A DNA stretch of 46,196 bases from Chthoniobacteraceae bacterium (GTDB lineage Bacteria > Verrucomicrobiota > Verrucomicrobiia > Chthoniobacterales > Chthoniobacteraceae). A program made the position numbers and the translations under genes. The DNA lies in contig JANNWY010000096.1 in the NCBI GenBank assembly GCA_031409335.1, positions 1 through 46,196 on the forward strand, read 5' to 3'. Of this stretch, positions 1-10,883 are shown piece after piece. Under the pieces are notes generated by a model. The model searched no databases and had not been told where the DNA came from. It was given only the letters and a program-made list of their open reading frames with translations. Position 1 is the stretch's first letter. The number at the start of each line of letters is the position of its first letter.

Positions 1-3000
1 GCCATGCCGTGGGAGCAGATGGCTTACGTGCAGATTGATTGGGTGGGCTCGTTCACAGCATCGGCTGGCACCGTCATCTACGACGGCGGCTCGTGGCCTG
101 CGCAGTACAACGGCGACTACTTCACCACGGAGCCAACGATCAATATCATCCACCACGCAAAGCTCACGCCTCAGGGCAGCAGCTACACTTTCGCAAAAGA
201 GAAGGGCCGCGAGGAGACGGAGTTCATCCGCAGCAAAGACATGTGGTGGCGGCCAATCGAAGTCCGCGTCGGCCCCGATGGCGCGGTGTATGTCGGCGAT
301 TTCTACAACCAAGCCGTCATCCACAACGACACGCGCGGCCCCGATCACAACCGCGTGAACGCGGCGGTGCGCCCGGATCGCGATCATTACTTCGGGCGTA
401 TCTGGAGGCTGGATCACAAGGACGCGAAGAAGATCGCGGTGCCGGATTTGTCGAAGGCGGATGTGGCGACTTTGGCGAAGGCGCTGGAGAATCCGAACCG
501 TGTGGTGCGGATGACGGCGAGCAGATTGTTGGTGGAAAAAGCCGGGCCGAGCAAAAATGAGGATGCGCGCGCTGAAATATCCTCCGCGTTGAAAAGTCCG
601 ATGGCGAGCACTTCACCGGAAACGCGCATTGCCGCGCTGTGGACGCTGCGTGCAATCGGCGCGTTGGACTTAAAGCAGGTCGCCGCGCTAGGCGTGGAGG
701 ACAAGGATGCCAGCGTCCGACGCAATGCGCTTAATGTGGTTGAAGAAAGCAACCTCCGAAAAGGTGAAGGCTATTCGGGGAAAACGACGGCCTTCCAGCC
801 AACCACCGCATTGTCGGATTCTGACGCGCAGGTTCGCCTCGCCGCGCTGCGCGCGTGCGCAGCGAGCGAGCTCCACGAAGATACTGCGAAAGCGATCATC
901 GCCGCGTGGCCGAAGTTTGACGACGACTTCCAAAAGTCCGCCGCCATCGGAGCCGCCGCGCAGAATCCCGCCGCGAGCATCGCCGCCGCGCTCGACAGCG
1001 CCGATCCCGCGCCACTCGCGCCGCTCGTCTCCACGCTCGCCGCGTCCATCGGCGAGAAGAACAACACGGACGCCGCCGCGAAGCTCGTCGTCTCGCTCGC
1101 CAGCAAACCCGCGAGCGCCGATCCGCTCAAGCGCAGCATCCTCGACACGCTCGGCAAATCGCTCAAAGACGCGCCCGCGATGACGCCCGAAGTTTCCGCC
1201 GCGCTCACAAAACTTCTCGCCAGCGGCGCGGCAGGCAGCGCGCTCCCGCTCGCCGCGAAGTGGGACAAAGCAGGCACGCTCAAGGGCGAAATCGCCAGGC
1301 TCACTGGCGGACTTCTTTCGACTCTCGCCGATGGAAACGCCGCGGATGACGCGCGCCTTTCCGCCGCACAAAGCCTCATCGGCCTCCGCGGCAGCGATGC
1401 GAAAATCCTCCCCGCCGTCGTCGCGCAACTCGGCAGCGGCAAACCCGGCGTGCAGCGCGGCCTCATCGCCGCGCTCGGCGAGACCGACGACGCCAGCGTG
1501 GGCGCCGCACTTTCCACCGCCTACGGCAAACTCCCCGCCGACGTGCAGCCCGCCGCCTTCGACGCGCTGCTGAAGCGCACCGACTGGGCCGGCGCATTTC
1601 TCGACGCCGTGAAATCCGGCGCGATCGACGGCAAACTGCTCGGGCCCGCCGCCGCCTCGCGCCTGCGCACCCACCCGAACGCGGAGGTCGCGAAGCGCGC
1701 CGTCGCGATGCTCGACGAGCTGAATCCGATGGCGAAAATGCGCAAGGAAATGATCGCGAAACTCGCGCCGATCGTGGACCAGAAAGGCGATCCCGCCGCA
1801 GGGAAGACGCTCTTCATGACGACGTGCGCCATCTGCCACAAATTCGGCGACACCGGCGCGGACATCGGGCCGGGCCTCACCGGCATGGGCGCGCACGGCG
1901 CGGGCGAATTGCTCACCGCGATCGGCGATCCGAACGCCGAGGTGGACCCGTCGTTCGTGCAGTGGAACATCGAGACGAAGGACGGCCAGACCTATGCGGG
2001 AATCATCGCTGCGGAAAACCCGACGAGCATTACCATGAAGAGCCTCGCCGGCGTGCAGGAGGTGAAAGTCGCGAATATCAAATCGCGCGTGAACACCGGC
2101 CTGTCGCTGATGCCCGATGCGTTCTTCGGCCTGCCCGGCGAGCAGATTCGCGACATCATCGCCTTCATGCAGAGCGTGGATGGCGGGAAATTCCGCACCG
2201 TGGATTTGCGCGACGCCTTCACCGCGAACACCGGACGCGGCCTCTACGTCAGCCAGGAGTCGAAGGGCGACACGCTGAACTTTGCCAAGACCGGCAACGT
2301 CACGGTCAGCGGCATCCCCTTCAACATCGTGAGCCCCGAAAAAGCCGCGACCGGCAACAACGTCGTCGTGCTCAAAGGCGGCCCGGCGCGCAGTTACTCG
2401 AAGACGCTGCCGCAGCGCGTCGAGGTGAAAGTGGGCGGCTTCAAGGCGAACCGCATCCATTTCCTCGGCGGCGTGACGGGCTGGGGCTTTCAGAACAACG
2501 ACGACTTCAGCGAAGTGATGAAAGTGACGATCCACACCACGGCGGGCCAGCGCGAGGGACTCGTGTTCAAAAACGGCGTGGAGTTTGCCGACTACATCGG
2601 CCCGATCGCCGTGCCCGGCTCGAAGCTCACCGAGGGCCTCGTGCGCGATCATCAGCTCCGCTGGTTTAGCAAACCGCTCGCGCTCGGCGCGGTGGAGATC
2701 GACCGCATCACGCTCGAATCGCTGGATACCGGAGCCGCGCCGACGACCGTCGCGATCACGCTGGAAATGGCGGAAAGTAGCGCAGGCGCCCCGCCTGTCG
2801 ATCGTCCCGCGGGCGCCTCGCCCGCAGCGGCTGGTTCAGCGGGCGGGGCGCCCGCCGGACTTTTGGCAGGCGGGGCGCCTGCCCTACTTCCCGACGCGGA
2901 CTTCAAACCGCAATTCAGCGACCCCGTGCCGCAGCCGCCCGCCTCCCGCCCGGCAAATGGCCCGCGCGTGCTAATCGTCGGCGGCGGCAGCTCACACGAT

Positions 3001-3591
3001 TTCGTGAAGTTTTTCGGCGGCACCGACAAAGCCACGCTCGCCCCGATCGCCGGCTGGGTGGATTTCACTCAAAACCTGAACGGCATCGCGCCCATCCTCG
3101 ACCGCGTGGACGTGCTCGTGCTCAGCGCGAACCAGCCCGTTTCATCCCCGACGAAAAAGGCGCTGATGGACTACGCGAACCGCGGCGGAGCGATCATCGC
3201 GCACCATCCCGGAGTTTGGTACGCGTGGAATAATTTCGCGCAGTGGAACAAGGAAATCGTCGGCGGCGGTTCGCGCGGGCACGACAAGTTTGGCGAGTTT
3301 GAAGTGAGCGTGACGGGCAAACACCCGATCCTCGAAGGCGTCCCCGCGAGTTTCAAAATCACCGACGAACTCTACTACTACCAGCCCGACGCCAGCGGCA
3401 CGCCGATCGAAGTCCTCGCCACCGCCACGAGCACGCAAAAGCCCGGCACGTATCCGCAGGTCTTCGTCGTGAAACATCCCAAAGCCAAAATCGTCGGCCT
3501 CACCCTCGGCCACGACGCCCTCGCGCACGACCTCCCCGCCTACCAAACGCTGCTGAAAAACGCGGTGAAGTGGTGCGCGGAAGCAAGATAG
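1..3591 (+). CDS. PVC-type heme-binding CxxCH protein (beta-propeller dehydrogenase-like region, HEAT repeats, cytochrome c, C-terminal ThuA-like domain); probably 5'-truncated by the window edge
   Basis: 1195-aa ORF, frame open from base 1; RPIEVRVGPDGAVYVGDFY and GRIWR propeller motifs, Ala/Leu HEAT-like repeats, CAICH heme motif followed by IGPGLTG and SLMP, ThuA-like tail (GGGSSHDF, DELY, LGHD). Confidence 0.85.
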   Translation, partial: AMPWEQMAYVQIDWVGSFTASAGTVIYDGGSWPAQYNGDYFTTEPTINIIHHAKLTPQGSSYTFAKEKGREETEFIRSKDMWWRPIEVRVGPDGAVYVGDFYNQAVIHNDTRGPDHNRVNAAVRPDRDHYFGRIWRLDHKDAKKIAVPDLSKADVATLAKALENPNRVVRMTASRLLVEKAGPSKNEDARAEISSALKSPMASTSPETRIAALWTLRAIGALDLKQVAALGVEDKDASVRRNALNVVEESNLRKGEGYSGKTTAFQPTTALSDSDAQVRLAALRACAASELHEDTAKAIIAAWPKFDDDFQKSAAIGAAAQNPAASIAAALDSADPAPLAPLVSTLAASIGEKNNTDAAAKLVVSLASKPASADPLKRSILDTLGKSLKDAPAMTPEVSAALTKLLASGAAGSALPLAAKWDKAGTLKGEIARLTGGLLSTLADGNAADDARLSAAQSLIGLRGSDAKILPAVVAQLGSGKPGVQRGLIAALGETDDASVGAALSTAYGKLPADVQPAAFDALLKRTDWAGAFLDAVKSGAIDGKLLGPAAASRLRTHPNAEVAKRAVAMLDELNPMAKMRKEMIAKLAPIVDQKGDPAAGKTLFMTTCAICHKFGDTGADIGPGLTGMGAHGAGELLTAIGDPNAEVDPSFVQWNIETKDGQTYAGIIAAENPTSITMKSLAGVQEVKVANIKSRVNTGLSLMPDAFFGLPGEQIRDIIAFMQSVDGGKFRTVDLRDAFTANTGRGLYVSQESKGDTLNFAKTGNVTVSGIPFNIVSPEKAATGNNVVVLKGGPARSYSKTLPQRVEVKVGGFKANRIHFLGGVTGWGFQNNDDFSEVMKVTIHTTAGQREGLVFKNGVEFADYIGPIAVPGSKLTEGLVRDHQLRWFSKPLALGAVEIDRITLESLDTGAAPTTVAITLEMAESSAGAPPVDRPAGASPAAAGSAGGAPAGLLAGGAPALLPDADFKPQFSDPVPQPPASRPANGPRVLIVGGGSSHDFVKFFGGTDKATLAPIAGWVDFTQNLNGIAPILDRVDVLVLSANQPVSSPTKKALMDYANRGGAIIAHHPGVWYAWNNFAQWNKEIVGGGSRGHDKFGEFEVSVTGKHPILEGVPASFKITDELYYYQPDASGTPIEVLATATSTQKPGTYPQVFVVKHPKAKIVGLTLGHDALAHDLPAYQTLLKNAVKWCAEAR
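2777..2887. repeat. REP doublet (REPIN-like) lying in frame within the CDS
   Basis: Starts GTAG, ends CTAC; four GC hairpins with 3-nt loops (gcaggcg-ccc-cgcctgt, gcgggcg-cct-cgcccgc, gcgggcg-ggg-cgcccgc, gcaggcg-ggg-cgcctgc) arranged as two inverted halves; 111 bp, equal to 37 codons. Confidence 0.8.
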
Positions 3592-3901
3592 AATCGGCTG
3601 CGGCGATCGCCACGGGCCGAGGCAATTCCAATGGCTGCGTGAGCGACTTGCCGATGCTCACGGGCGCCATTTTTCAACAACTGCTTTCATCCACGCAGGA
3701 GAAAATTATTCGCGGCTCGTCTTGGTGCTGTCCCCCACGACAGCGATCACGCTCTTCACCGGGGCCGTGCGGAAGAGGCTCATCAGCCCTTCGACTGACT
3801 GGAACGCGCGGGGGCTGCCATCCAGGACGAGGCCAATGACGGGCGGAGCGGCTTCGCGCTTCCTCCGATAGTTGGAAGTTGAAAGTTGGACGTTCTCTTC
3901 G

Positions 3902-6790
3902 TCATTTCAGCATCCTCCGCAGATACATCCCCGTGTAACTCCGCCCCACCTTCGCGATGTCCTCGGGCGTCCCCTGCGCGACGATTTCCCCGCCGCCCGC
4001 GCCGCCTTCCGGCCCGAGGTCGAGCACCCAGTCGGCGCTTTTGATGACTTCCAAATTGTGCTCGATGACGATCAGCGTGTTGCCCGCGTCGCGCAGTTTC
4101 ATCAGCACTTCGAGCAGCTTGTGAATGTCGGCGAAATGCAGGCCGGTGGTCGGTTCATCGAGCATGTAAACGGTGCGGCCGGTCGCCTTTTTCGCGAGTT
4201 CCGTCGCGAGCTTCACGCGCTGCGCTTCGCCGCCGCTGAGCGTGGTGCCGGACTGGCCGAGGTGGAGGTAGCCGAGGCCCACGTCTTCGAGCGAAAGCAG
4301 CTTGTCGGAAATCTGCGGCACGTTGCGGAAAAAGCGCGCGGCTTCGTCGATCGTCATATCGAGCACGTCGGCGATGTTTTTACCTTTGTAAGTGATCTCC
4401 AGCGTCTCGCGATTGTAGCGCCGCCCGCGGCAAATCTCGCACTCGACATACACGTCGGCGAGGAAGTGCATCTCGATCGTCTTCACGCCATCGCCCTCGC
4501 AGGATTCGCAGCGCCCGCCTTTCACATTGAAACTGAAACGGCCCACATCGTAGCCGCGGATGCGCGACGCGGGCAGCCCGGCGTAAAGCTCGCGCACCGG
4601 GCCAAACGCGCCGGTGTAGGTCGCGGGATTTGAGCGCGGCGTGCGCCCGATCGGCGTTTGGTCGATGACGATCGCCTTGTCGATTTGATCGAGCCCGTGC
4701 AGCGCGGCGTGGCGTCCGGGGCGGTCTTTCGAGCGGTAAAAATGGCGGAAGAGCGCGCGGCGCAGGATGTCATCGACCAGCGTGGATTTTCCGCTGCCGG
4801 AGACGCCGGTGACGCACGTCATGCAGCCAAGCGGGAACGCTGCGGTGACACCGCGCAGATTGTTTTCGTGCGCGCCGGTGATGGTGAGCCAGCCGGGGGA
4901 TTGCGGATTGCGGATTGCGGATTGCGGATTGGTTTGCGGTTCGACGCGCTTTTTGGGAATCGGAATTTTCGCGCGTCCGGTGAGGTATTGGGCGGTGAGC
5001 GAATCCTCGACTTTCAAAATCTCGGCGAGCGTTCCCTGCGCGACGATGTGGCCGCCGCGCTTTCCCGCGCCAGGGCCGAGGTCGAGGATGTAGTCGGCTT
5101 CGCGGATCGTGTCTTCGTCGTGCTCGACGACGATGACGGAATTTCCCAAATCGCGCAGCCGCCGCAGCGTGCCGATCAGCCGGTCGTTGTCCCGCTGATG
5201 CAGGCCGATGCTCGGTTCGTCGAGCACGTAGAGACACCCCGCGAGCCCTGAGCCGATCTGGGTCGCGAGCCGGATGCGCTGCGCTTCGCCGCCGCTGAGC
5301 GTGCCGCTTTCACGATCGAGCGAAAGGTATCCGAGCCCGACTTCGACGAGAAAACTCAGCCGCGCGGAAATCTCCCGCCGCACTTCCGTGGTGATGAATT
5401 TCTCCTGCTCGGTCAGCACCAGCCCGTGCATGAATTCCAGCGCATCGCCGATCGCGAGCCGCGAGAATTGGTGGATGTTCAAATCGCCCTTCGCGCCGCC
5501 GCGCACGCGCACCGCGAGGATTTCCGGCTTCAGCCGCGCGCCCTCGCACTTCGCGCACGTGCGGCGGCTCATGTATTGGCGGATGCGCTGGCGGGTGAGT
5601 TCGCTGTCGGTCGTCGCGTAGAGATGTTCGAGCTGCGCGATCACGCCGTCGAAGGTCTTCGTGACCGGCTTCGCATCGCCAAAATTCATTACGATCTCGC
5701 GCTCGCCGGTTCCATTCATCACCGCATCGCGAAACTTTTGCGGCAGATCTTTCCACGGCGTCTCGACCGAAACTTTGCACGCCTTCGCCAGCGAGGCGAG
5801 CGTGCCCGCATACATTTTCTGGAGCCGCTTCGCCGCCTTCGCCCACGGCGTCACCGCGCCATCGGCGAGCGATTTCTCGGGATCATTCACGATCAAATCG
5901 GGATCGCAAACCTGCTCCGTCCCGAGCCCCGTGCAGGCCGGGCACGCGCCAAAGTGGCTGTTAAAGGAAAAGTGTTTCGGCGTGAGTTGCGGCAGCGTGA
6001 AACCGGTTTCGGGATTGCTGAAATCGGTCGAGAACTTGTGCGCGGTCCACTCCGCATCGGCGGAAAGCTGGCGCAACACTGTCAGCTTGTTGCCTCCCCA
6101 TTTCAGCGCCGTATCCACGGAATCCGCGAGCCGCGTGCGCACGCCGTCGCGATTCACCAGCCGGTCGATCACCGCCTCGATCACGTGCGATTCCCCGCGC
6201 TGCAGTTTCACCGGCTGAGGCCCAGCGAGTTCCACGATTTCACCGTCGATGCGCGCCCGCACGAAACCCTCGCGTTTCAGCTTCTCCAGCACATCGCGAA
6301 ACTCGCCCACCTCGCTGTGGACGATCGGTGCGAGCAGGACGACGCGGCTTTCCAGCGGGAATTCGAGGATGCGATCGACGATGAGTTGCGGGGTGAGTTT
6401 GAAAATCGGCACGCCCGTTTTCGGATCGTGCGGCTGGCCAACCGACGAATAAAGCAGCCGCAAATAGTCGTAGATTTCCGTGGTCGTCGCGATCGTCGAG
6501 CGCGGGTTTCCGCCGCTGCTGCGCTGCTCGATCGCGATCGCCGGCGAGAGCCCTTCGATGAAATCCACGTCCGGCTTTTGCATCTGATCGAGGAACTGCC
6601 GCGCGTAGGCGGAAAGGCTCTCGACGTAGCGCCGCTGGCCTTCCGCGTAGAGCGTGTCAAAGGCGAGCGATGATTTTCCAGAGCCACTCAAGCCGGTAAT
6701 CACAACCAGCTTCTCACGCGGGATTTCCAGCGTCAGGTTCTTCAAATTGTGCTGGCGCGCACCCGTGATCTTGATAGTCTGCGCAGGCAT
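3902..6790 (-). CDS. uvrA: Excinuclease ABC subunit A
   Basis: GARQHNLKN, two Walker A motifs ([18 protein letters not shown]), two LSGGEAQR signatures, CxxC zinc fingers. Confidence 0.98.
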   Translation of the reverse strand: MPAQTIKITGARQHNLKNLTLEIPREKLVVITGLSGSGKSSLAFDTLYAEGQRRYVESLSAYARQFLDQMQKPDVDFIEGLSPAIAIEQRSSGGNPRSTIATTTEIYDYLRLLYSSVGQPHDPKTGVPIFKLTPQLIVDRILEFPLESRVVLLAPIVHSEVGEFRDVLEKLKREGFVRARIDGEIVELAGPQPVKLQRGESHVIEAVIDRLVNRDGVRTRLADSVDTALKWGGNKLTVLRQLSADAEWTAHKFSTDFSNPETGFTLPQLTPKHFSFNSHFGACPACTGLGTEQVCDPDLIVNDPEKSLADGAVTPWAKAAKRLQKMYAGTLASLAKACKVSVETPWKDLPQKFRDAVMNGTGEREIVMNFGDAKPVTKTFDGVIAQLEHLYATTDSELTRQRIRQYMSRRTCAKCEGARLKPEILAVRVRGGAKGDLNIHQFSRLAIGDALEFMHGLVLTEQEKFITTEVRREISARLSFLVEVGLGYLSLDRESGTLSGGEAQRIRLATQIGSGLAGCLYVLDEPSIGLHQRDNDRLIGTLRRLRDLGNSVIVVEHDEDTIREADYILDLGPGAGKRGGHIVAQGTLAEILKVEDSLTAQYLTGRAKIPIPKKRVEPQTNPQSAIRNPQSPGWLTITGAHENNLRGVTAAFPLGCMTCVTGVSGSGKSTLVDDILRRALFRHFYRSKDRPGRHAALHGLDQIDKAIVIDQTPIGRTPRSNPATYTGAFGPVRELYAGLPASRIRGYDVGRFSFNVKGGRCESCEGDGVKTIEMHFLADVYVECEICRGRRYNRETLEITYKGKNIADVLDMTIDEAARFFRNVPQISDKLLSLEDVGLGYLHLGQSGTTLSGGEAQRVKLATELAKKATGRTVYMLDEPTTGLHFADIHKLLEVLMKLRDAGNTLIVIEHNLEVIKSADWVLDLGPEGGAGGGEIVAQGTPEDIAKVGRSYTGMYLRRMLK
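4898..4931. repeat. (GGATTGC)n heptamer microsatellite within uvrA, encoding [11 protein letters not shown]
   Basis: Four perfect GGATTGC units plus a partial fifth. Confidence 0.9.
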
Positions 6791-6854
6791 TTCCCAGAAA
6801 TTGATAAACCCGAAACCAAAGCAGAAACGACAGCCAGCCGCGAGAGGAAATTAG

Positions 6855-7124
6855 ATGTCCGACCCCAATCCACAGCTAAATCGTGACGACCTCGAAGAGC
6901 TTCACGAGAAGTTTCGCGAGATCAAACATTCGATCAACAACACCCTCGCCGTCATCATGGCGTTGTCGGAACTCTCGCAGCGGAATCCCGCTCATTTCGA
7001 GAAGCTGGCGAAGGCGGTTCTTCAGCGCGGACCGGAAGTGGTGCAGCAGTTGCAGGATTTCCAAGCGGCCTTGAGCGCGAAATCCAAAGAGGCCGGGGCA
7101 CCTCCGTCAGGTTCGGAAGCATAG
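6855..7124 (+). CDS. Small stand-alone HisKA/DHp-like helical protein
   Basis: 89 aa; FREIKHSINNTLAVIMALSEL resembles a histidine-kinase H-box; preceded by GAGG; divergent from uvrA. Confidence 0.65.
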   Translation: MSDPNPQLNRDDLEELHEKFREIKHSINNTLAVIMALSELSQRNPAHFEKLAKAVLQRGPEVVQQLQDFQAALSAKSKEAGAPPSGSEA

Positions 7125-7166
7125 CCCGCCACGGAGTCTCGTTCGGCGGGAAAGCGGTGCCGGGCG

Positions 7167-7920
7167 CTACTCCTTCGGCGCGATGATGCCGATGATCGGT
7201 CCGAGCGGAAATCGGATGACGTGCTGCTCTGGCTGCGTGGTGTATACGCTGGAGACGGAGCCGTCGAAAAACAGCGCATTCGCGCAGCCGAGGCCGTCGC
7301 GAGAGAGCCGGGCGAATTCGTGGAAGTTCACCGGTTCATTGGAAATCGCGAACACGACGCGTTTCGCTGAAACGACGCCCACGCCGTTGCGCATCAGCCG
7401 CGATTCCGAAGCTGCACGAAAGGCGGGATGCAGCTTGCCGTCGATGACGAGCAGCGGGCCGGATTGCGTCGCGAGCTGCACTTTTTCGATCCCGCCCACG
7501 GCTGCGAGCACGGGAAACTGCGACGACTCGACGACGTGCGCCCCAGTTTCCGTGATCGCGAAAACACCATTCGGTTTCAGGAAAAAATTTCCCTCATCGT
7601 CATCGAGGTTCAGCTTTCCGATCGTCCGCCCGTGATCGACAAACAGCCCGACGGGAGCGAAGCCGGGATGAAACATGCCGGCGTTCATTGCGAAGAGGAG
7701 GCGCTGCTTGCTCTCCGCCAGCCATCGGTCGATGTTCTCGAAGTTGTTGAAGTAAGTGCGTCCGTCTCCGAGCAAAAGGTGGAGTTTCTCCCGAGTGAGA
7801 TCGACCGACGAAACCATATAGCGCTTGCCGTCGAAGGTGTGTTCTTTCGTCTCCACCGCCATCGTGCGGGAGATCAACGCCGAGCCGACGAGGAGTGCGG
7901 TTAGTCGGGGAAATGTCATC
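7167..7920 (-). CDS. Phosphodiester glycosidase family protein (YigE/DUF2233-like), secreted; start approximate
   Basis: FAMNAGMF, GNFFLKPNGVF, ATQSGPLLV, RNGVGV, NALFFDGSVS motifs; signal peptide MTFPRLTALLV. Confidence 0.85.
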
Positions 7921-7979
7921 GTTGTGCTTGGAGCCGGGTTTCGGAGCGATACCATCGGGGCTTCAGCAAATCGAGCCCT

Positions 7980-9635
7980 ATGAATCCGTCCCAACTTTTA
8001 CGCGTCGCGCTCGTCCTGCTCGCCGCCACCACCTTTTGCCGCGCCGAGCTTTCTTTTGAAGACGGCGCGAAGCGGCATCTGAGCGAGATCACGAAAGGGG
8101 AAACATCTGGCGTGGCGGTGCTGGTGGCGCGCGATGGGAAGATTGTTTTCCAAGGTGGGTTTGGTCTTGCGGATATTGCGAAAAAGACGCCGGTAACAGC
8201 GGAGACGAAGTTTCGCATCGGCTCGATTTCGAAGCAGTTCACTGCGGCGGCAATCCTGAAGCTCGCGGAGGAAAAAAAGCTCGCCGTCACCGATCCGCTG
8301 GCAAAGTTCTTCCCCGACTTTCCGCGCGCGAGTGACATCACGCTTAATCACCTGATTACCCACACTTCCGGGATTCACAGCTACACGGACAAGCCGGATT
8401 TTCTCAACCGCGTGACGCAGCCGATCGAGCCCGAAAAACTGATCGCGTCCTTTCAAAACGATCCTGCCGATTTCGCGCCGGGCGCTGGATTTCACTACAA
8501 TAACTCCGCCTATTTCCTGCTCGGCGAAATCGTCCACAAGGCTTCCGGTAAGCCGCTCGCCGACTATTTGCACGACACATTTTTCGTCCCGCTCGGGATG
8601 AAGGACACCGGCGTTTTTGTGAACTCCGCGCCGCCGCCGGGCATGGCGAACGGGTATTCCTTTGCCGATGGAAAGTGTGAGCCCGCGCTCGATTGGGACA
8701 TGTCGTGGGCGGGCGGCGCGGGTGCGCTTTACTCGACAGTCGGCGATCTTTTTCGTTGGAACGAAGGGCTCTTCGGTGGGCGCATTTTGAATGTGGAATC
8801 CTTCAAAACCGCGACGACTCCGGTAACGCTGCCTGCGGGCACCGATGGGATGAAATATGGCGGCGGACTTGTGATGTCCGAGCTGAAGCGGCTGCGCGCG
8901 ATCGGGCATGGCGGCGGGCTGAACGGCTGGTCGAGCGATCTCCTACGCCTGCCGGATCAGAATTGCACCGTCGTGGTCCTCGCCAATGCGCTGCCGCCGC
9001 CGCCGGAACTAACCCCCGCTGCGATTTCACATGCGATCGCGGAGAAACTGCTCGCCGACGAAATCAAGAAACTGCCACCGCTGACCGAGGACAAAACCGT
9101 CGATCCGAAAACCTTCGGAGCATTCGCGGGCCGCTACGACTACAAGAACGCCGTCCTCACCGTGACCGTGGAGGACGGGCATCTTTTCGCCCAACTGACG
9201 GGCCAGCAAAAGTTCGAGATATTCCCGAAAGCGGCGGATGAGTTTTTTTGGAAAGTCACGGACGCGCAGGTGATTTTCATCCGCAACGAAAAGCGCGAAG
9301 TCATCTCGGCGCGACACACGCAAGGTGGCAACACCTTCAACGCGCCGAAGCTCGCGGATGAAACGGTGAAACTGACCGAGGCGCAGCTCGACGCTCCGCT
9401 CGGCGAATATCAATACGGCCCTGGCGCGGTGCTCACCGTCACGCGCGATGGCGAGCGTTTTTTCGCGCAACTGACCGGCCAGCCAAAATTTCCCATCTTC
9501 CCGAAGTCAGCCACCGAGTTCGAGTGGCGCGTGGTCGCGGCGAAGGTGGAGTTTGTGAAAGGCGACGACGGCAAGGTCGCGAAGGCCGTGCATCAGCAGA
9601 ACGGCAACACGATCACCGCGCCGAAAATCAAGTAG
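7980..9635 (+). CDS. Serine hydrolase (beta-lactamase class C/AmpC-like) with two C-terminal DUF3471-like repeats
   Basis: FRIGSISKQF (SxxK), YNN (YxN), HGGG motif; two similar C-terminal domains (LFAQLTGQQKFEIFPK / FFAQLTGQPKFPIFPK); signal peptide. Confidence 0.9.
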   Translation: MNPSQLLRVALVLLAATTFCRAELSFEDGAKRHLSEITKGETSGVAVLVARDGKIVFQGGFGLADIAKKTPVTAETKFRIGSISKQFTAAAILKLAEEKKLAVTDPLAKFFPDFPRASDITLNHLITHTSGIHSYTDKPDFLNRVTQPIEPEKLIASFQNDPADFAPGAGFHYNNSAYFLLGEIVHKASGKPLADYLHDTFFVPLGMKDTGVFVNSAPPPGMANGYSFADGKCEPALDWDMSWAGGAGALYSTVGDLFRWNEGLFGGRILNVESFKTATTPVTLPAGTDGMKYGGGLVMSELKRLRAIGHGGGLNGWSSDLLRLPDQNCTVVVLANALPPPPELTPAAISHAIAEKLLADEIKKLPPLTEDKTVDPKTFGAFAGRYDYKNAVLTVTVEDGHLFAQLTGQQKFEIFPKAADEFFWKVTDAQVIFIRNEKREVISARHTQGGNTFNAPKLADETVKLTEAQLDAPLGEYQYGPGAVLTVTRDGERFFAQLTGQPKFPIFPKSATEFEWRVVAAKVEFVKGDDGKVAKAVHQQNGNTITAPKIK

Positions 9636-9641
9636 CGCGCG

Positions 9642-10031
9642 TCATTTCTCCACCGGCTTCCCCGCGGCGACCCACGCCTTAAAGCCTTCGTTGAGGTGAA
9701 GGATGGAGGTGAATTTTTGTGACGCGAATACTTCCAGCGAGCGACCGCTGCGACCGCCGCCCGCGCAATGCACGAGATACGTTTTGCTCTTGTCGAGTTC
9801 GGCGATCTTCTTCGCAAAATCGCCGGCTTGGAAATCGATGTTTTTCGCGCCGGCGATGTGCCCCGTTTTGAATTCCGCTTCCGTCCGAATATCGAGGACG
9901 ACGATTTCCTTTTTCTCCGCGAGCAACTTGGTCGCCTCGTCCGCACTCACGTTCTTTGCCGGTCCGCACTGCGCGAGCGCGGAGGCAGCGAGGGAGGCGA
10001 TCAGGGTTGCCGTCAGGGTAATCGTTTTCAT
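9642..10031 (-). CDS. Rhodanese-like domain protein, exported
   Basis: LDIRTEAEFKTGHIAGA, active loop HCAGGGRS, signal peptide from MKTITL. Confidence 0.9.
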   Translation of the reverse strand: MKTITLTATLIASLAASALAQCGPAKNVSADEATKLLAEKKEIVVLDIRTEAEFKTGHIAGAKNIDFQAGDFAKKIAELDKSKTYLVHCAGGGRSGRSLEVFASQKFTSILHLNEGFKAWVAAGKPVEK

Positions 10032-10076
10032 GGCCCGATGCGTAGGCGAAACGGGACGCCGCTGCAATCCCGCGCA

Positions 10077-10883
10077 CTACTGGATCAAACGCACCGCCAC
10101 GCCGAACGGGCGCCAGTTCGGCAGTTCATAGTAGTAGCGAATGTCAAAATCGATGCGGTGGGGCTGGGTCAGGAAACTTCCGGTGATCGTGAGCAGACCG
10201 TCAGAGTCGATGCGCGGCGGGATTTTCAGCACGCCTTCCAGATCCTTGATCGCGATCAGATTCGTGCGCTGGCTGATGAATCCATCAAAGGTCCGCGTCA
10301 GCATTCCGAGCGTGAGCTGGCGCTGCCACGAGCGGGCGACGCCGTCGTAAAAATCCTCGAACGACTTCTGCTGAACCGCATCGTGAAACGAAAGCATCGT
10401 CTCTTTCGCCATCGCGAGAGCAGACCGTTCGTCGGGAAGCGGATTCGCGTGAACGCTCGCGAGTTGAGGTCCCTTGCCAATTCGCGTGAAGAAATTTTCC
10501 GAAATCCCGGTTTCGATGTGCATCGGCGATTTCACGGAAAAGACGCGCCATTCGCCGTGATCCCGCGTGAGTGTGACGACGAGGGGCGCCACCAACCCGT
10601 GGCGAGTCCGCACCTCGGCGAGCAGCTTCGCAGTCTTTCCCACGACCGCCGTCTTTTCGATCTTCTGCAACGCGCAACCCGTCAATCCCGTCTCGTGCGC
10701 GATAGCCTTGAAGTCCGCCTCGGTCTGCTGATGCCGGAAGAAGAATGACGTGTCTGCAAAGGCGGCAGCCGGACGACTGTCGGCAAGCTGGGAAAAAAAC
10801 AAATTGGCCGCGGCAGTGGGATCGGATTCGGCTGCGCATCCGACCACGAGGATGCCGAGGAAAAACAACGCCCGCCGGATCAC
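10077..10883 (-). CDS. Hypothetical lipoprotein
   Basis: GTG start overlapping the nadA stop (GTGA); lipobox-like ILVVGC; the longer ORF-track N-terminus is a shadow of nadA. Confidence 0.65.
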   Translation of the reverse strand: MIRRALFFLGILVVGCAAESDPTAAANLFFSQLADSRPAAAFADTSFFFRHQQTEADFKAIAHETGLTGCALQKIEKTAVVGKTAKLLAEVRTRHGLVAPLVVTLTRDHGEWRVFSVKSPMHIETGISENFFTRIGKGPQLASVHANPLPDERSALAMAKETMLSFHDAVQQKSFEDFYDGVARSWQRQLTLGMLTRTFDGFISQRTNLIAIKDLEGVLKIPPRIDSDGLLTITGSFLTQPHRIDFDIRYYYELPNWRPFGVAVRLIQ

